A DNA stretch of 64,000 bases from a virus. Under the pieces are notes generated by a model. It was not told the DNA's origin, searched no databases, and saw nothing but the letters and a program-made list of their open reading frames with translations. A program made the translations under genes and the position numbers. Numbering within the stretch: the first letter of the stretch is position 1; each line of letters starts with the position of its first letter. The stretch spans positions 34,103 to 98,102 of the IMG/VR virus record IMGVR_UViG_3300037423_001065; one strand, written 5' to 3'. Shown piece by piece: positions 27,057-37,209 of the stretch.

Positions 27057-28757
27057 ATGAGCAACATCCAGCTTCGGGACTACCAGGCGAAAGCCTTCGA
27101 TGAAATCCGCGTCAAGTTCCGTGACGCCGAGCAGCATCCCGTGCTGTTCGTGCTGCCCACCGGCGGCGGCAAGACCTACACGTTCTCGGCGATCGCCGAC
27201 TCCGCGGCCAGGCGCGGGCGCGAGGTCATCATCATCGTGCACCGCAAGGAGCTCCTGACCCAGGCGAGCCAGTCGCTCACGAACCTGGGCATCGAGCACG
27301 GCCTCATCAGCCCGTTCTTCACGCCGAACCCGCACGTGCTCGTGCAGGTGGCGAGCGTGGACACCCTCCTGATCCGCCTCAAGAAAAAGCCGCACAAGCC
27401 GAAGCCTGGCGGCCTGCTCGTGATCTTCGATGAGGCGCACCACGTCGTAGACAGCAACAAGTGGGGCCGCGCGTTCGAGGCCCTGGGCCGCCCGCACATG
27501 CTGGGCGTGACGGCGACGCCCGTGCGCACCGATGGCAAGGGCCTGGGCGCGCACGCCGGCGGCGTGTTCAAGTCGATGGTGCTAGGCCCGTCGGTCGCCG
27601 AGCTGATCGAGCGCGGCATGCTCGTGAACCCGATCGTCTACACGTCGTACGAGACGCCGGACTTCTCGGACCTCAAGACCAACAAGGACGGCGACTACAA
27701 CCTCCAGGACCTGGCGGCCAAGGTCGATAAGCCGAAGATCACCGGCGACGCCGTCGAGCACTACTCGCGCATCTGCCCTGGCGCCAAGGCCATCGTGTTC
27801 TGCGCGTCGATCGCGCACGCCAAGCACGTTGCCGAGGCGTTCAACGCCGCCGGCTTCAAGTTCGAGCTGCTGGTCGGCGCGCCGGAGATGAGCGACGCCG
27901 AGCGCACGTCGGTGAATCGCCGGCTGCGCCGCGGCGAGATTGACGGCGCCTGCACCGTGGACCTGGTGAGCGAGGGCTACGATTTGCCCGACCTCGAGTG
28001 CTGCATCATGCTGCGCCACACCGCGAGCGAGGGCCTGTTCCTGCAGCAGGTCGGCCGCATCATGCGCCCGTCGGACGCCAAGCGCGGATGCTGGCTCCTG
28101 GACCACGTCGGCAACGTCGGCCGCCTGGTCGACGGCGAGTTCAAGCGCAAGCACGGCCTGCCCAACGAGGTGCGCGAGTGGACCCTGGACGGCCGGCGCA
28201 AAAAGAAGCGCAAGAAGGACCAGGACGACGAGCCGACCATTCCGATGAAGCAGTGCCCGCAGTGCTTCGCCGTGCACGCGCCGGCGACGCATTGCCCGGC
28301 GTGCGGGTTCGAATACCCGGCCGCGGCGCGCCAGCTCGAGCAGGTCGACGGCGAGCTCGTGCCGCTGGACCAGGCTGCGATCGCCGAGCAGCGCAAGCAG
28401 CAAATCCGCATCCAGGCGACCTCGAGGACCGTCGAGGAGATGATGCAGAACCTGGGCTACACGCGCGGCCGCGCGGAGGCGATCGTCAAGGCCCGCGAGG
28501 AGAAGGACGCCCTGCGCAAGGCGCTCGAGGACGACCTAGCCGCCTGGCGATCGGAGACCGGCATCCCGCCCCAGGAGCTGATCGGCATGTTCCTGGCCGA
28601 CCTCAAGCGGCTGAAACCCAAAGAGCTCAAGGCGAAGCACGAGCACGTGCAGCGCGCCAGGGCGACGTACTTCAAGGCGCAGCAGGCCGGCGACGACCCG
28701 GTCCTGGCGCTGCGCCTCGAGCAGATTCTCAACCCGGCGGACTCGCCGCTCCTCTGA
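27057..28757 (+). CDS. SF2 DEAH-box helicase with Zn ribbon (566 aa)
   Basis: [33 protein letters not shown]. Confidence 0.95.
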   Translation: MSNIQLRDYQAKAFDEIRVKFRDAEQHPVLFVLPTGGGKTYTFSAIADSAARRGREVIIIVHRKELLTQASQSLTNLGIEHGLISPFFTPNPHVLVQVASVDTLLIRLKKKPHKPKPGGLLVIFDEAHHVVDSNKWGRAFEALGRPHMLGVTATPVRTDGKGLGAHAGGVFKSMVLGPSVAELIERGMLVNPIVYTSYETPDFSDLKTNKDGDYNLQDLAAKVDKPKITGDAVEHYSRICPGAKAIVFCASIAHAKHVAEAFNAAGFKFELLVGAPEMSDAERTSVNRRLRRGEIDGACTVDLVSEGYDLPDLECCIMLRHTASEGLFLQQVGRIMRPSDAKRGCWLLDHVGNVGRLVDGEFKRKHGLPNEVREWTLDGRRKKKRKKDQDDEPTIPMKQCPQCFAVHAPATHCPACGFEYPAAARQLEQVDGELVPLDQAAIAEQRKQQIRIQATSRTVEEMMQNLGYTRGRAEAIVKAREEKDALRKALEDDLAAWRSETGIPPQELIGMFLADLKRLKPKELKAKHEHVQRARATYFKAQQAGDDPVLALRLEQILNPADSPLL

Positions 28758-28767
28758 AAGGCCCACC

Positions 28768-29223
28768 ATGGCATCCGTAAACAAGGTCATCCTGATCGGC
28801 AACGCCGGCCGAGACCCCGAGACGCGCACCTTCCCCAGCGGGGACAAGGTGTGCAACGTCACCATCGCGACCACCGAGAAGTGGAAGGACAAGAGCTCCG
28901 GCGAACAGAAGGAGGCGACCGAATGGCACCGCCTGGTGTTCAACGGCCGCCTGGCTGAAATCGCCGGCGAGTACATCAAGAAGGGCTCCCAGATTTACGT
29001 CGAGGGCTCGATCAAGTCGCGCAAGTACACCGACAAGGACCAGGTCGAGCGCACGGCCGTCGAGATTCGCGTCGACAAGCTGACGCTGCTCGGCTCGAAG
29101 CCGGCCGGCGAAGGCGGCGGCCAGCAGTCGCGCGCGCCGGCGCCCGCTCAGCGCCCCGCGGCGCCGGCGGCCGGCGGCCGCAAGGCCGGGTTCGATGACA
29201 TGGACGACGACATTCCGTTCTGA
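28768..29223 (+). CDS. ssb: Single-stranded DNA-binding protein (151 aa)
   Basis: [10 protein letters not shown]...TEWHR...DDDIPF. Confidence 0.97.
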   Translation: MASVNKVILIGNAGRDPETRTFPSGDKVCNVTIATTEKWKDKSSGEQKEATEWHRLVFNGRLAEIAGEYIKKGSQIYVEGSIKSRKYTDKDQVERTAVEIRVDKLTLLGSKPAGEGGGQQSRAPAPAQRPAAPAAGGRKAGFDDMDDDIPF

Positions 29224-30131
29224 TGGCCTGGTCCAAGGGTTACGCCGAGTGGATTGATGGGGACACCGCGTTCCTGTCGATCGCGTTCACCTGGCTGCTC
29301 GATCACGCGTACATGCGCGCCCTGTCGCTTCGCGCGACGGGGCTCAAGGTGCGCGCGGGCGGCCCAGCGCTGTTCCTGGTGCAGATGCGGCACGAGCTCG
29401 CGGACCTCGATGGCGTCGAGCTGGGCGGCGATGTGCCGGAGGCTGTCACCAGGCACAACCCGGACGCCACGTTTTTCAGCCGTGGGTGCCCGGTGGGGTG
29501 CGGCTTCTGCATCGTGCCGGCGATGGAGGGGCGCGAGTTCACGCTCATCCCGAACGCCGTGCCGCGGCCGGTGCTGTGCGACAACAACCTCTCGGCGCTG
29601 CCGGCCGACTACCAGGACTTCATCATCGCCAGGTACCAGGGCGCCGGCGTGAAGCTCACCGATGCGAACAGCGGGTTCGAGCCGATCACGTTCACGCCCG
29701 ACGTGTACGAGCGCTGGCGGCCGCTGATCAACGAGGGCGGCGGGCCCTGGCGCTTCGCGTACGACGAGCTCAAGGAGCGCGACGACGTGCTGCGCGTCAT
29801 GCGCATGCTCGAGGCCGAGCCGGCGAAGCGCAAGCGCGTGTACGTGCTGATCGGCAACGAGCCTTTCGCCGAGTGCATGCGGCGCCTCCAGGAGGTCCTG
29901 GACCACGGCTGCGAGCCGCACGTCCAGCCGGTCATGAAGCTGAACGCCCTCGAGCGCAAGCCCTGGGTGCGCCACGACTGGACCGAGGAGCGCCTGGCCG
30001 ACGTGGCGCGCTGGGCGAACCGGCGGGCCTGGCGCTACGCGCCGTTCACCGAGTACGACCGGCAGGTGCGATCGCGCCCGCGCGGCATGTCCAAGGCCGT
30101 CTATGACGCCCAGCAGGGGCTTTTCCTGTGA
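29223..30131 (+). CDS. Radical SAM protein (302 aa)
   Basis: SRGCPVGCGFCIVP (CxxxCxxC); DNN motif. Confidence 0.85.
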   Translation: MAWSKGYAEWIDGDTAFLSIAFTWLLDHAYMRALSLRATGLKVRAGGPALFLVQMRHELADLDGVELGGDVPEAVTRHNPDATFFSRGCPVGCGFCIVPAMEGREFTLIPNAVPRPVLCDNNLSALPADYQDFIIARYQGAGVKLTDANSGFEPITFTPDVYERWRPLINEGGGPWRFAYDELKERDDVLRVMRMLEAEPAKRKRVYVLIGNEPFAECMRRLQEVLDHGCEPHVQPVMKLNALERKPWVRHDWTEERLADVARWANRRAWRYAPFTEYDRQVRSRPRGMSKAVYDAQQGLFL

Positions 30132-30134
30132 CGG

Positions 30135-30150
30135 GTCGTGACATGAGCAT
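30135..30150 (+). promoter_or_regulatory. Late-promoter motif inside replication block
   Basis: GTCGTGAC-at-GAGCAT, intergenic. Confidence 0.65.
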
Positions 30151-30204
30151 GAGACTTTCCGAGCCGGCGCGGTCCGCCGGCGCTTTCCACCCCGAGGCAC
30201 ACCC

Positions 30205-30459
30205 ATGCCACACCCCGAGGCCATTCCTCCGTCTCCAGACGCCGTCGTGGAGGCCAACGTCACGGCCCTGCGCCAGCGATCGCATCACGGCATCGCCAAG
30301 TACGGCGTCATGCTCACCCGCACCGACCTCGATCGCCGCGCCTGGATACAGCACGCGCTCGAGGAGGCCCTGGACCTGGCGAACTACCTCCAGGCCGAGC
30401 TCCATCGCCTCGATCGCGAAGCCGCCGAGACGCCGAAGGCCGGGCCCGCCGGTGCGTGA
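30205..30459 (+). CDS. Small all-alpha phage protein, possibly NTP-pyrophosphatase-like (84 aa)
   Basis: GIAKYG...HALEEALDLANYL. Confidence 0.6.
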   Translation: MPHPEAIPPSPDAVVEANVTALRQRSHHGIAKYGVMLTRTDLDRRAWIQHALEEALDLANYLQAELHRLDREAAETPKAGPAGA

Positions 30460-30901
30460 AGGCAGCGTACAGCGGCGCGTCTGGCTCGCGCTGGGCCGCA
30501 TCTGCGCCCTGTTCCGGCTCAACACCGGCCAGGCGTGGGTGAGCGGCGGCGGGCCCGTGCAGCGCCTGGCGGACGGCTCCGTGCTCGTGCCGGCGGCGCG
30601 CCCGGTCGCGCTCGGCCTGGGCAAGCCTGACGGCAAGCCCCTGGTCGGTGCCGCGGACCTGATCGGCTGGACCTCCATGACCATCACGCCCGACATGGTC
30701 GGGTGCCGCGTCGCCGTGTTCACGGCGCTCGAGGTCAAGGAGACCGCCGGCGGCCGCAAGCGCGACGAGCAGCGCAATTTCATCGACCAGGTGCGCCTGG
30801 CCGGCGGGATTGCATCCTTTGTTTCCAGCCCCGAGGAGGCCGAGCACGTCGTCTGTGGCTTCCGCGCGCCGTTGATCAAAAAAGATGTAGGAGCGGGCTG
30901 A
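30452..30901 (+). CDS. VRR-NUC-like nuclease / putative junction resolvase (149 aa)
   Basis: FRLNTG, GAADLIG, ALEVK, EQRNF..GGIA. Confidence 0.85.
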   Translation: MREGSVQRRVWLALGRICALFRLNTGQAWVSGGGPVQRLADGSVLVPAARPVALGLGKPDGKPLVGAADLIGWTSMTITPDMVGCRVAVFTALEVKETAGGRKRDEQRNFIDQVRLAGGIASFVSSPEEAEHVVCGFRAPLIKKDVGAG

Positions 30902-30929
30902 CAAGCTCTACAATCCGTTTCCCCAATTC

Positions 30930-31046
30930 CGCGCGGCGAGCTCAGCTCGATGCGCGACCCCGAAAGACGCCGGCAAGGGGGGCACCCCGTCGTAACTGCT
31001 GCGACACGCCGGCGTCCTCTTTCAGCAGGTTCTGAGGCAGTCAGAA
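30930..31046 (+). ncRNA. Putative structured RNA leader of primase-helicase
   Basis: Several nested stems read by eye, including a three-way junction with a GGCA tetraloop. Confidence 0.4.
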
Positions 31047-31083
31047 GGTATGGCAAAAACAACAAGCGCGGCAAGGACAGCCT

Positions 31084-33879
31084 ATGTCGCGTGAGCAGGA
31101 GGCAGTCGAGGATTTCCGCCGCGCGATGGCCGCTGAGGGCATCGTCTACAGTGGGGAAATCATCGCCGACGGCAAGCTGCACCGGTGCCACGTCGACGGC
31201 GACAAGAAGGGCGCGATCAACGGCTGGTATGTGCTGCACCTGGACGAGAAGCCCGCGGGCGCGTTCGGCTGCAACAAGCGCTACGGCAAGGACGGCCGGT
31301 TCACGTGGACCATGAAGGGCGCCAAGCCGCTGACGCCCCAGGAGCGCCGCGCGTTCCGCGAGAAGATGGACGCCCAGCGCCAGCAGCGCGAGATGGCGGA
31401 GACCGCCAGGCGCGAGACGGCCGCGCAGCGCGCACAAGCCATCTGGGACGCGTCAAAGGAGTGCACCGGGCACCCATACCTTCGCCGCAAGGGCGTCGCC
31501 TCTCACGGCCTGCGCTGGGGCCGCTGGGAGAAAACCGACCAGGAGACCGGCGAGGTTCGCCTGGTCAGCGACAAGGCGCTGCTCGTGCCGATTCGCGATC
31601 GCAAAAAGCGCATCTGGTCCCTCCAGGCGATCTTTCCGACCGCCCTCTACGGCGGCCGCGACAAGGACTACCTCAAGGACGGCGCGAAGGAGGGCCTGTT
31701 CTTCACGATCGGCAAGCCGCTGTCGATCGAGCTGGGCGGCAACCTGGTGCAGGTCATCGTGATCTGCGAGGGCTACGCGACCGGCGCCAGCATCCACGAG
31801 GCGACCGGGCACGCCTGCATCATCGCCTTCGACGCCGGCAACCTCGAGCCCGTCGGCAAGACCATCCGCGACGCGTTCCCGCACGCGACCATCCTCTACG
31901 CGGCCGACAACGACCAGTGGACCCTCGAGCCGATGGCGAACCCTGGCGTGCACTACGCGCGCAAGGCGGCCGCTGCAACGGCCGGCCTGGTCGCCATCCC
32001 GCAGTTCGCCGCCGATGCCGAGGACCGGCCGACCGACTTCAACGACCTGGCGCAGCGCGACGGGCCCGACGCCGTCAAGCTGGCGATCGCCGAAGCGCTC
32101 GAGCCGCCGGCCGCGCCGATCGAGGAGCCCGCCGACGAGGAGCCGCCGCCCTGGGAAGATGAGCCAGGCGAGCCTCCGGCCGAGTCGGAGACGCGCCCGG
32201 GCGTCGGCAAGGCCCCACCTCCGGCCGCGCCCGACGAGGACGCGATGCCGGAGAACAACGCGCACTTCACCGTGCTCGGCTATGACCACGAGACCTACTA
32301 CATCTTCAACCACGGCGCCCGGCAAATCTTCCCCATCGGCAAGGGCGCCTTCACTGAAAACGGCCTGATCGAGCTCGCCCCGCTCAACTGGTGGGAGATG
32401 CACTTCCCCGGCGAGAAAAAGCGGATCGACACCGGCCTGGCCGCGAACTTCATCATCCGCACGGCCCACAAGCGCGGCATCTACGATAAGTCGCGCATCC
32501 GCGGCCGCGGCGCCTGGGTTGACGCCGGCCGCATGGTGTTTCACCACGGCTCGCACCTCAGCGTCGACGGCGCCCACACCGACGTGACCAAGATCGCGTC
32601 GCGCTTCGTGTACGAGCTCGCGGCGAGCCTGCCGGAGCCGCACGCCGAGCGCCTGGGCTCCGACGAGGGCGAGGAGCTGCTGGAGCTCGCGACGCAATTC
32701 CGCTGGACCAAACCGGGCAGCGCGGCCCTCCTGGCCGGCTGGGTAGCCCTGGCGCCAGTGTGCGGCGCGCTGCGCTGGCGGCCGCATATCTGGCTCACCG
32801 GCGGCCCGGGCTGCGGCAAGTCCACCGTGCTCAACGAGTACGTGCACTACCTCCTGGGCGACGGTCTGGACCTGTTCGCCCAGGGCAACAGCTCGGAGGC
32901 CGGCATCCGCCAGGAGCTCGGCGCCGACGCCCGGCCCGTGCTGTTCGATGAGAGCGAGCAGAACACCGAGCGCGAGCAGTCGCGCATCCAGGGCGTGCTG
33001 GCCCTGATCCGCCAGGCGTCAACGGAGTCCGAGGCGCGCACCTTCAAGGGCTCCGCCGGCGGCGACGCCATGAGCTTCCACATTCGCAGCATGTTCTGCC
33101 TGGCCTCGATCCAGGTCGGCATCAAGCAGCAGGCCGACGTGGAGCGCCTGGCCGTGCTGGCGCTGCGGCCGAAGCGCGAGGAGGTGAACGCGGCCGAGTC
33201 CTGGCGCAAGTTGAGCGCCGCCCTGGGCCGGCTGCACGCCGACGCTACGATCCGCGGGCGCCTGCTGCGCCGCTCGATCGACATGCTGCCCGTGACCCTC
33301 AAGAACGTGTCCGTGTTCACCCAGGCGGCGTCGGAACGCTTCAACAGCGTGCGCGACGGCGACCAGTACGGGACGCTGCTCGCCGGCGCCTGGTCGCTCA
33401 TCTCGACCGAGGTCGCGACGAAAGAGCAGGCGCTCGAGCTGATCGACCGCTACGATTGGTCCGAGCACCGCGAGAACAACGACAGCGACGACGGAAGCCG
33501 CGCCCTGGCGTCCCTGCTCGAGGCCCATATCCGCACGGCCGGCGGCATCGAGGCGACGGTCTACGAGATGATCTGCGCGGCGTGCGGGCTCCAAACCGAA
33601 CTCGCCGGCATCGACCAGGCCAAGGCCGAGGCGTTCCTCCAGCGCTACGGCATGCGCATCGTGAAGGACCGCCTGGTGCTATCAAACAACAGCAACGAGC
33701 TCAAGTCCTTGATGCAGGGGACGCAGTTCGAGGCCGACCTGCGCGGCGTGCTGCTGCGGGTAGACGGCGCCGATCGCAACGACGGCAAGCCGATGCGTTT
33801 CAGCGGGTCACTGTCGAAGTGCATCACGCTGCCCCTGGGCCCGATCATCGAGGGCGCAGGGGGCTCGACGCCGTTCTAG
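31084..33879 (+). CDS. Toprim primase-helicase replication protein (931 aa)
   Basis: CEGYATG, AFDAGNL, AADND, DFND Toprim motifs; GGPGCGKST Walker A; LFDE Walker B. Confidence 0.92.
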   Translation: MSREQEAVEDFRRAMAAEGIVYSGEIIADGKLHRCHVDGDKKGAINGWYVLHLDEKPAGAFGCNKRYGKDGRFTWTMKGAKPLTPQERRAFREKMDAQRQQREMAETARRETAAQRAQAIWDASKECTGHPYLRRKGVASHGLRWGRWEKTDQETGEVRLVSDKALLVPIRDRKKRIWSLQAIFPTALYGGRDKDYLKDGAKEGLFFTIGKPLSIELGGNLVQVIVICEGYATGASIHEATGHACIIAFDAGNLEPVGKTIRDAFPHATILYAADNDQWTLEPMANPGVHYARKAAAATAGLVAIPQFAADAEDRPTDFNDLAQRDGPDAVKLAIAEALEPPAAPIEEPADEEPPPWEDEPGEPPAESETRPGVGKAPPPAAPDEDAMPENNAHFTVLGYDHETYYIFNHGARQIFPIGKGAFTENGLIELAPLNWWEMHFPGEKKRIDTGLAANFIIRTAHKRGIYDKSRIRGRGAWVDAGRMVFHHGSHLSVDGAHTDVTKIASRFVYELAASLPEPHAERLGSDEGEELLELATQFRWTKPGSAALLAGWVALAPVCGALRWRPHIWLTGGPGCGKSTVLNEYVHYLLGDGLDLFAQGNSSEAGIRQELGADARPVLFDESEQNTEREQSRIQGVLALIRQASTESEARTFKGSAGGDAMSFHIRSMFCLASIQVGIKQQADVERLAVLALRPKREEVNAAESWRKLSAALGRLHADATIRGRLLRRSIDMLPVTLKNVSVFTQAASERFNSVRDGDQYGTLLAGAWSLISTEVATKEQALELIDRYDWSEHRENNDSDDGSRALASLLEAHIRTAGGIEATVYEMICAACGLQTELAGIDQAKAEAFLQRYGMRIVKDRLVLSNNSNELKSLMQGTQFEADLRGVLLRVDGADRNDGKPMRFSGSLSKCITLPLGPIIEGAGGSTPF

Positions 33880-34382
33880 GCGCGCTTCAACCTGCGCGAC
33901 CAGCGCAGCTTGGGTCCTGTCGGGTGCCGGTCGACGCGCGGCCGCGACGGCTTGTCCCAGGAACCGCCAGCGCTCGCCCCATCCAACGCGAAGCCGGCCG
34001 CGCGCAGGCTGACGCCCGACTCGCTGGCGAGCGTGTACGTGATCAAACGCTCATACCCGCGTGCGCGCGCCTCGCGGGCCGCGGCGGCCAGGAGCATGCT
34101 TGCGACGTTGATCGTGCCGCTCGTCGCCAGGCGCGTGACCTCGAGCGTACGGCCGTCGTCCAGGTGGCGCGAGACCGGCCGGCCGACGATCGCGACGCCC
34201 TCCTCGCTCGAGCGGATGGCATTGAGCGCGTAGGCCATGAGGCTGAACTTGTGGCCGGCGACGCGGCCGTGGTGGCGGTGGAACGCCTCGACCAGGCGCT
34301 GCGCATCGGCGAGCGTGCAGGGGCAAACACACAGCCGCTCGTCGCCGAACAGCCCGCCCTTGAGCTCGCGATGGCGCGTCAC
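33876..34382 (-). CDS. Mom-like GNAT-fold protein (XF1762-type, 168 aa)
   Basis: HRHH, GVAIVGRPVSR, LEVTRL, ITYTLASESGVSLRAAG, KLRW. Confidence 0.75.
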   Translation of the reverse strand: MTRHRELKGGLFGDERLCVCPCTLADAQRLVEAFHRHHGRVAGHKFSLMAYALNAIRSSEEGVAIVGRPVSRHLDDGRTLEVTRLATSGTINVASMLLAAAAREARARGYERLITYTLASESGVSLRAAGFALDGASAGGSWDKPSRPRVDRHPTGPKLRWSRRLKRA

Positions 34383-34573
34383 GCCAGCTTCTCGAGCTGC
34401 CGGCGCTTCGGGTTCGCCTTCGTCACCTTGAAGTTCTCCGGCACCAGCCAGGTACCGTTATCGAGCTGTTCCGCGCCGCGGATACGGCCGGCGCCGCACA
34501 GCACCTGCAGCCGGCGCTTGCTGACCTGGCGCGCCTCCGCTGCCGCCTTGAGGGTGATCTTGTTCGTTGCCAT
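34379..34573 (-). CDS. Small HTH DNA-binding protein (64 aa)
   Basis: AAAEARQVSKRRLQVLC..GRIRGA..WLVP. Confidence 0.75.
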   Translation of the reverse strand: MATNKITLKAAAEARQVSKRRLQVLCGAGRIRGAEQLDNGTWLVPENFKVTKANPKRRQLEKLA

Positions 34574-34577
34574 GGTG

Positions 34578-34847
34578 TTACTTCCCTGCGTGTTGTTTGC
34601 CCAGCTCGGTGAGCTCGGCGATTTTGATGGTGCGACCAGGCGAGTGCGGGTCCGGTTCCTCGCGCCAGGCGATGAGGCCGGCGTCCTCCATCCGGCCGAC
34701 CATCGGATAGTTCGGTGGCGCGATGCTGCTATAGCCGCGCGTCGAGTAGTACAGCCGGCTCGTGTTCACCAGGGTGCAGCGCTCCGGTTTCACCAGGCGC
34801 CGGCACCACTCGCGCATGGCGGGCGTGATCTTGACAGCGGCCGTCAC
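34578..34847 (-). CDS. Hypothetical protein, possible winged helix (89 aa)
   Basis: GTGA overlap; AGLI...LTELGK pattern. Confidence 0.6.
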   Translation of the reverse strand: MTAAVKITPAMREWCRRLVKPERCTLVNTSRLYYSTRGYSSIAPPNYPMVGRMEDAGLIAWREEPDPHSPGRTIKIAELTELGKQHAGK

Positions 34848-35005
34848 CGCTTCGCCCTCCGTGCATCGCGTTGCGCCTGGGCGATGGCGTCCGCCTTCGC
34901 CGCCTGGGTGTCGCGATCGGCCTGCACGTCGTCGGGCCCGGTGAGCGCCAGGGCCAGGACGGCCGCCGCGGCGATCGCCCAGAGCACCAGGTTGAATCGC
35001 TTCAT
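34844..35005 (-). CDS. Small membrane/secreted protein (53 aa)
   Basis: MKRFNLVLWAIAAAAVLALAL; ATGA overlap. Confidence 0.65.
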   Translation of the reverse strand: MKRFNLVLWAIAAAAVLALALTGPDDVQADRDTQAAKADAIAQAQRDARRAKR

Positions 35006-35730
35006 GCCGGCCTCTCCCCGCGCTCCCAGGCTTCCGCGGCCTCGATCGACTCCGGCGTCGACGCGCGCACGCTGGGCGCATCGACCAGGATGACGCGCGC
35101 CCACTCCCAGCCGTTCTCGAGCGGCCAGGGGCCAACGTCGCCCTGGTGCAGCGAGTCCCAGTCCGCGCCGTCCTTGGCGTGCACCGGCACCAGGCAGTAG
35201 CGCAGCGTCGAGTCGGGCTTGCGATCGCCGACCACGGGCACGATGCGCACGTCCTCCGGGTCGTCGGCCGCGTAGGCATCGGCGTGCGCGCGCAGCGAGA
35301 CGCACAGCGCGTCCTCGATCTTGTCCGTCCAGTCGGGCATGCCGATCGAGTCGAGCGTGCGCCACTTGCCGCCGCCGGCGAGCTCGATCACGTAGCCGGT
35401 GGGCGGGCAGTGGCGCAGGCGCACGAGCTCGTGTACGAACGCCTGCTCGTCGCCGGCGACCGTGGCCCAGGTGTCGAACCACTCGCGCGCGTCGGGCGCG
35501 CGGTCCGTGCCGGCGATCGCCAGCGTGTCCCGGCTCAGGCGGATGCAGGTATTCCAGGAGTTCACCATGCGCTCGAGCATCGGGTAGAACGGCGACGTTG
35601 TCGGCACGGCCAGGACCGGGCCGCCCTGGACGACTATCTCGGCGTACGAGTCGACGCCGTCGGGCTTGCGGTACTCGATGCGATCGGCGTACGGCTTGGT
35701 GCCGGGCGGGGTGTGCGACGGCATGTTCAT
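35002..35730 (-). CDS. Hypothetical protein (242 aa)
   Basis: GGAGG RBS; overlaps both neighbours by 4 nt. Confidence 0.7.
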   Translation of the reverse strand: MNMPSHTPPGTKPYADRIEYRKPDGVDSYAEIVVQGGPVLAVPTTSPFYPMLERMVNSWNTCIRLSRDTLAIAGTDRAPDAREWFDTWATVAGDEQAFVHELVRLRHCPPTGYVIELAGGGKWRTLDSIGMPDWTDKIEDALCVSLRAHADAYAADDPEDVRIVPVVGDRKPDSTLRYCLVPVHAKDGADWDSLHQGDVGPWPLENGWEWARVILVDAPSVRASTPESIEAAEAWERGERPA

Positions 35731-36506
35731 GCGGGGTTTTCCTCCAGGGCAACATCGGCCCATGCAAAGTTACGCCCCAGGCCCTTCGCCGCCTTCTTGC
35801 CGGCGTCGCGTCGTTCCTGGAGCTTCGGTTGCGCGCCGGCTTCGATCGCCAGCGCGCGCTGGTGCAGCTCGGGCACGTTACGCGCCAGCCACACAATCTC
35901 GGACTTCTTGCTGGCCGGGCAGTGGAAGCACGCCGACTTGACGGGCACCGGCAGGCCGGCCGCCTCGATCTGGCGCTTGCACTCCTCGCGGTCCCAGCCC
36001 CACTCGATGAGCGGGAAACGGTTCTTGAAGCCGGGGCTTTCCTTGCCCTCGGCCTTGTACTGGCGGCACGAGTCGCGAGGGCCGGCGTCGTACCCGATGC
36101 AGTTGATCACCTCGAGGCCGGCCGCCCAGGCGGCGATCGCCGGTGCCCACTGCTTCACGTAGGCATGCTGCGGGTCGCGCTTCCACACCAGGCTGCATTG
36201 GTGGGCGCCGTACGCCAGCGCCGGCAGCACGCCCAGGCGCAGGAGCGATTCGCTCAGCGACTTGTCGCCGGAGATGGGCCGCGGGTTCTTGACGACGGTG
36301 ACCTGGGGGAATCCGACCTTCGCGAGCCAGGCGTTGATGATCGGCAGGTACGCGTAGGTCTGGGGCTTTTCGTCGCCGGTGTCGGCGAACAGGATGAGGT
36401 CGGGCCGCTCGCCGCGCGCGTGCATGCCGACCAGCATCGCCGTGGAGTCCACGCCGACGCCATAGGCAACGATCACGGGGGCGCGGGGGAACAGCTCGAG
36501 GTTCAT
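35727..36506 (-). CDS. PAPS-reductase-family (PP-loop) protein (259 aa)
   Basis: AYGVGVDST PP-loop; FADTGDE; FPLIEWG; KSACFHCP. Confidence 0.85.
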   Translation of the reverse strand: MNLELFPRAPVIVAYGVGVDSTAMLVGMHARGERPDLILFADTGDEKPQTYAYLPIINAWLAKVGFPQVTVVKNPRPISGDKSLSESLLRLGVLPALAYGAHQCSLVWKRDPQHAYVKQWAPAIAAWAAGLEVINCIGYDAGPRDSCRQYKAEGKESPGFKNRFPLIEWGWDREECKRQIEAAGLPVPVKSACFHCPASKKSEIVWLARNVPELHQRALAIEAGAQPKLQERRDAGKKAAKGLGRNFAWADVALEENPA

Positions 36507-36724
36507 CACTTGCCTTCCAGCTCTCTCTCGACCAGGTCGAGGCACGGGTTCTCGATGTAGCGCTTGCCCAGGTACGCGTAGTACACGGGCTTGCCCTTGC
36601 GCATCAGGATGCCGATGCGCGGGTCCTTCGGTTTCAGCGGCGCCGGCGGCGCGGCCTTCTCGTGCTTCGCGTCGAGCCTGGCCTTCGCCAGGTATCGCGC
36701 GTCGCGGGCTTCGGACAGCATCAT
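36506..36724 (-). CDS. Hypothetical protein (72 aa)
   Basis: Coupled ORF in leftward early operon. Confidence 0.6.
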   Translation of the reverse strand: MMLSEARDARYLAKARLDAKHEKAAPPAPLKPKDPRIGILMRKGKPVYYAYLGKRYIENPCLDLVERELEGK

Positions 36725-36972
36725 CACGCGGCTCCTTTCAGCAGCAGCTTCATGTGGCGGGCATAGACCGCGTTCGCTTTCCAGTACGCGGCCATTGGGG
36801 CTTTGTGTTTGCGCCAGGCTTCGTTCGCCCGGCCGCGGCAGTCCTTGGAGATTTCGCCCAGCAGCTCCTCGAGCGCGGCGCGGGCCTCGGCCGGCAGCGC
36901 GGCGAGTTTGGCGGCCGCGGGCAGCGCGACCAGGGGGTTGCGCACGTCGGCGCGGCTCGAGCGGGCGCTCAC
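36724..36972 (-). CDS. Hypothetical protein (82 aa)
   Basis: Coupled ORF; KAPMAAYWKA. Confidence 0.65.
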   Translation of the reverse strand: MSARSSRADVRNPLVALPAAAKLAALPAEARAALEELLGEISKDCRGRANEAWRKHKAPMAAYWKANAVYARHMKLLLKGAA

Positions 36973-37133
36973 GCGAGCACCCGCATGGGAGCCAGGAACA
37001 CCTCGCGGCCGGCGCGACGCAGCGCGCGCACCAGGCGAGCGGCGCGAGCGCGCGGCCGCAGCTTCGCGCCCAGGCGCTGGCTGTATTCGGCGCCGACAAA
37101 CTCGCGCACCTCGTACCGGAGAACCATCTTCAT
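36969..37133 (-). CDS. Small basic protein (54 aa)
   Basis: AAGGAG RBS right after promoter. Confidence 0.65.
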   Translation of the reverse strand: MKMVLRYEVREFVGAEYSQRLGAKLRPRARAARLVRALRRAGREVFLAPMRVLA

Positions 37134-37157
37134 CGCAAGCTCCTTTTCCATACGAGT

Positions 37158-37200
37158 ATTGTGCACGAGTGCGAACAATAGAGCAAGCGTTTTTGTTCGC
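37158..37200 (-). promoter_or_regulatory. Sigma70-like early promoter with inverted GCGAACAA/TTGTTCGC sites
   Basis: TTGCTC-17-CACAAT; GCGAACAA-N14-TTGTTCGC at 37171-37200. Confidence 0.75.
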
Positions 37201-37209
37201 GGTGTTGCG

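Noticed and set aside
30962-31023. tRNA gene
   Set aside because: Multi-stem, but no T-loop TTCGA, anticodon arm or CCA end
37171-37200. LexA/SOS box
   Set aside because: GAAC/GTTC half-site spacing fits none of CTGT-N8-ACAG, GAAC-N4-GTTC or GTTC-N7-GTTC
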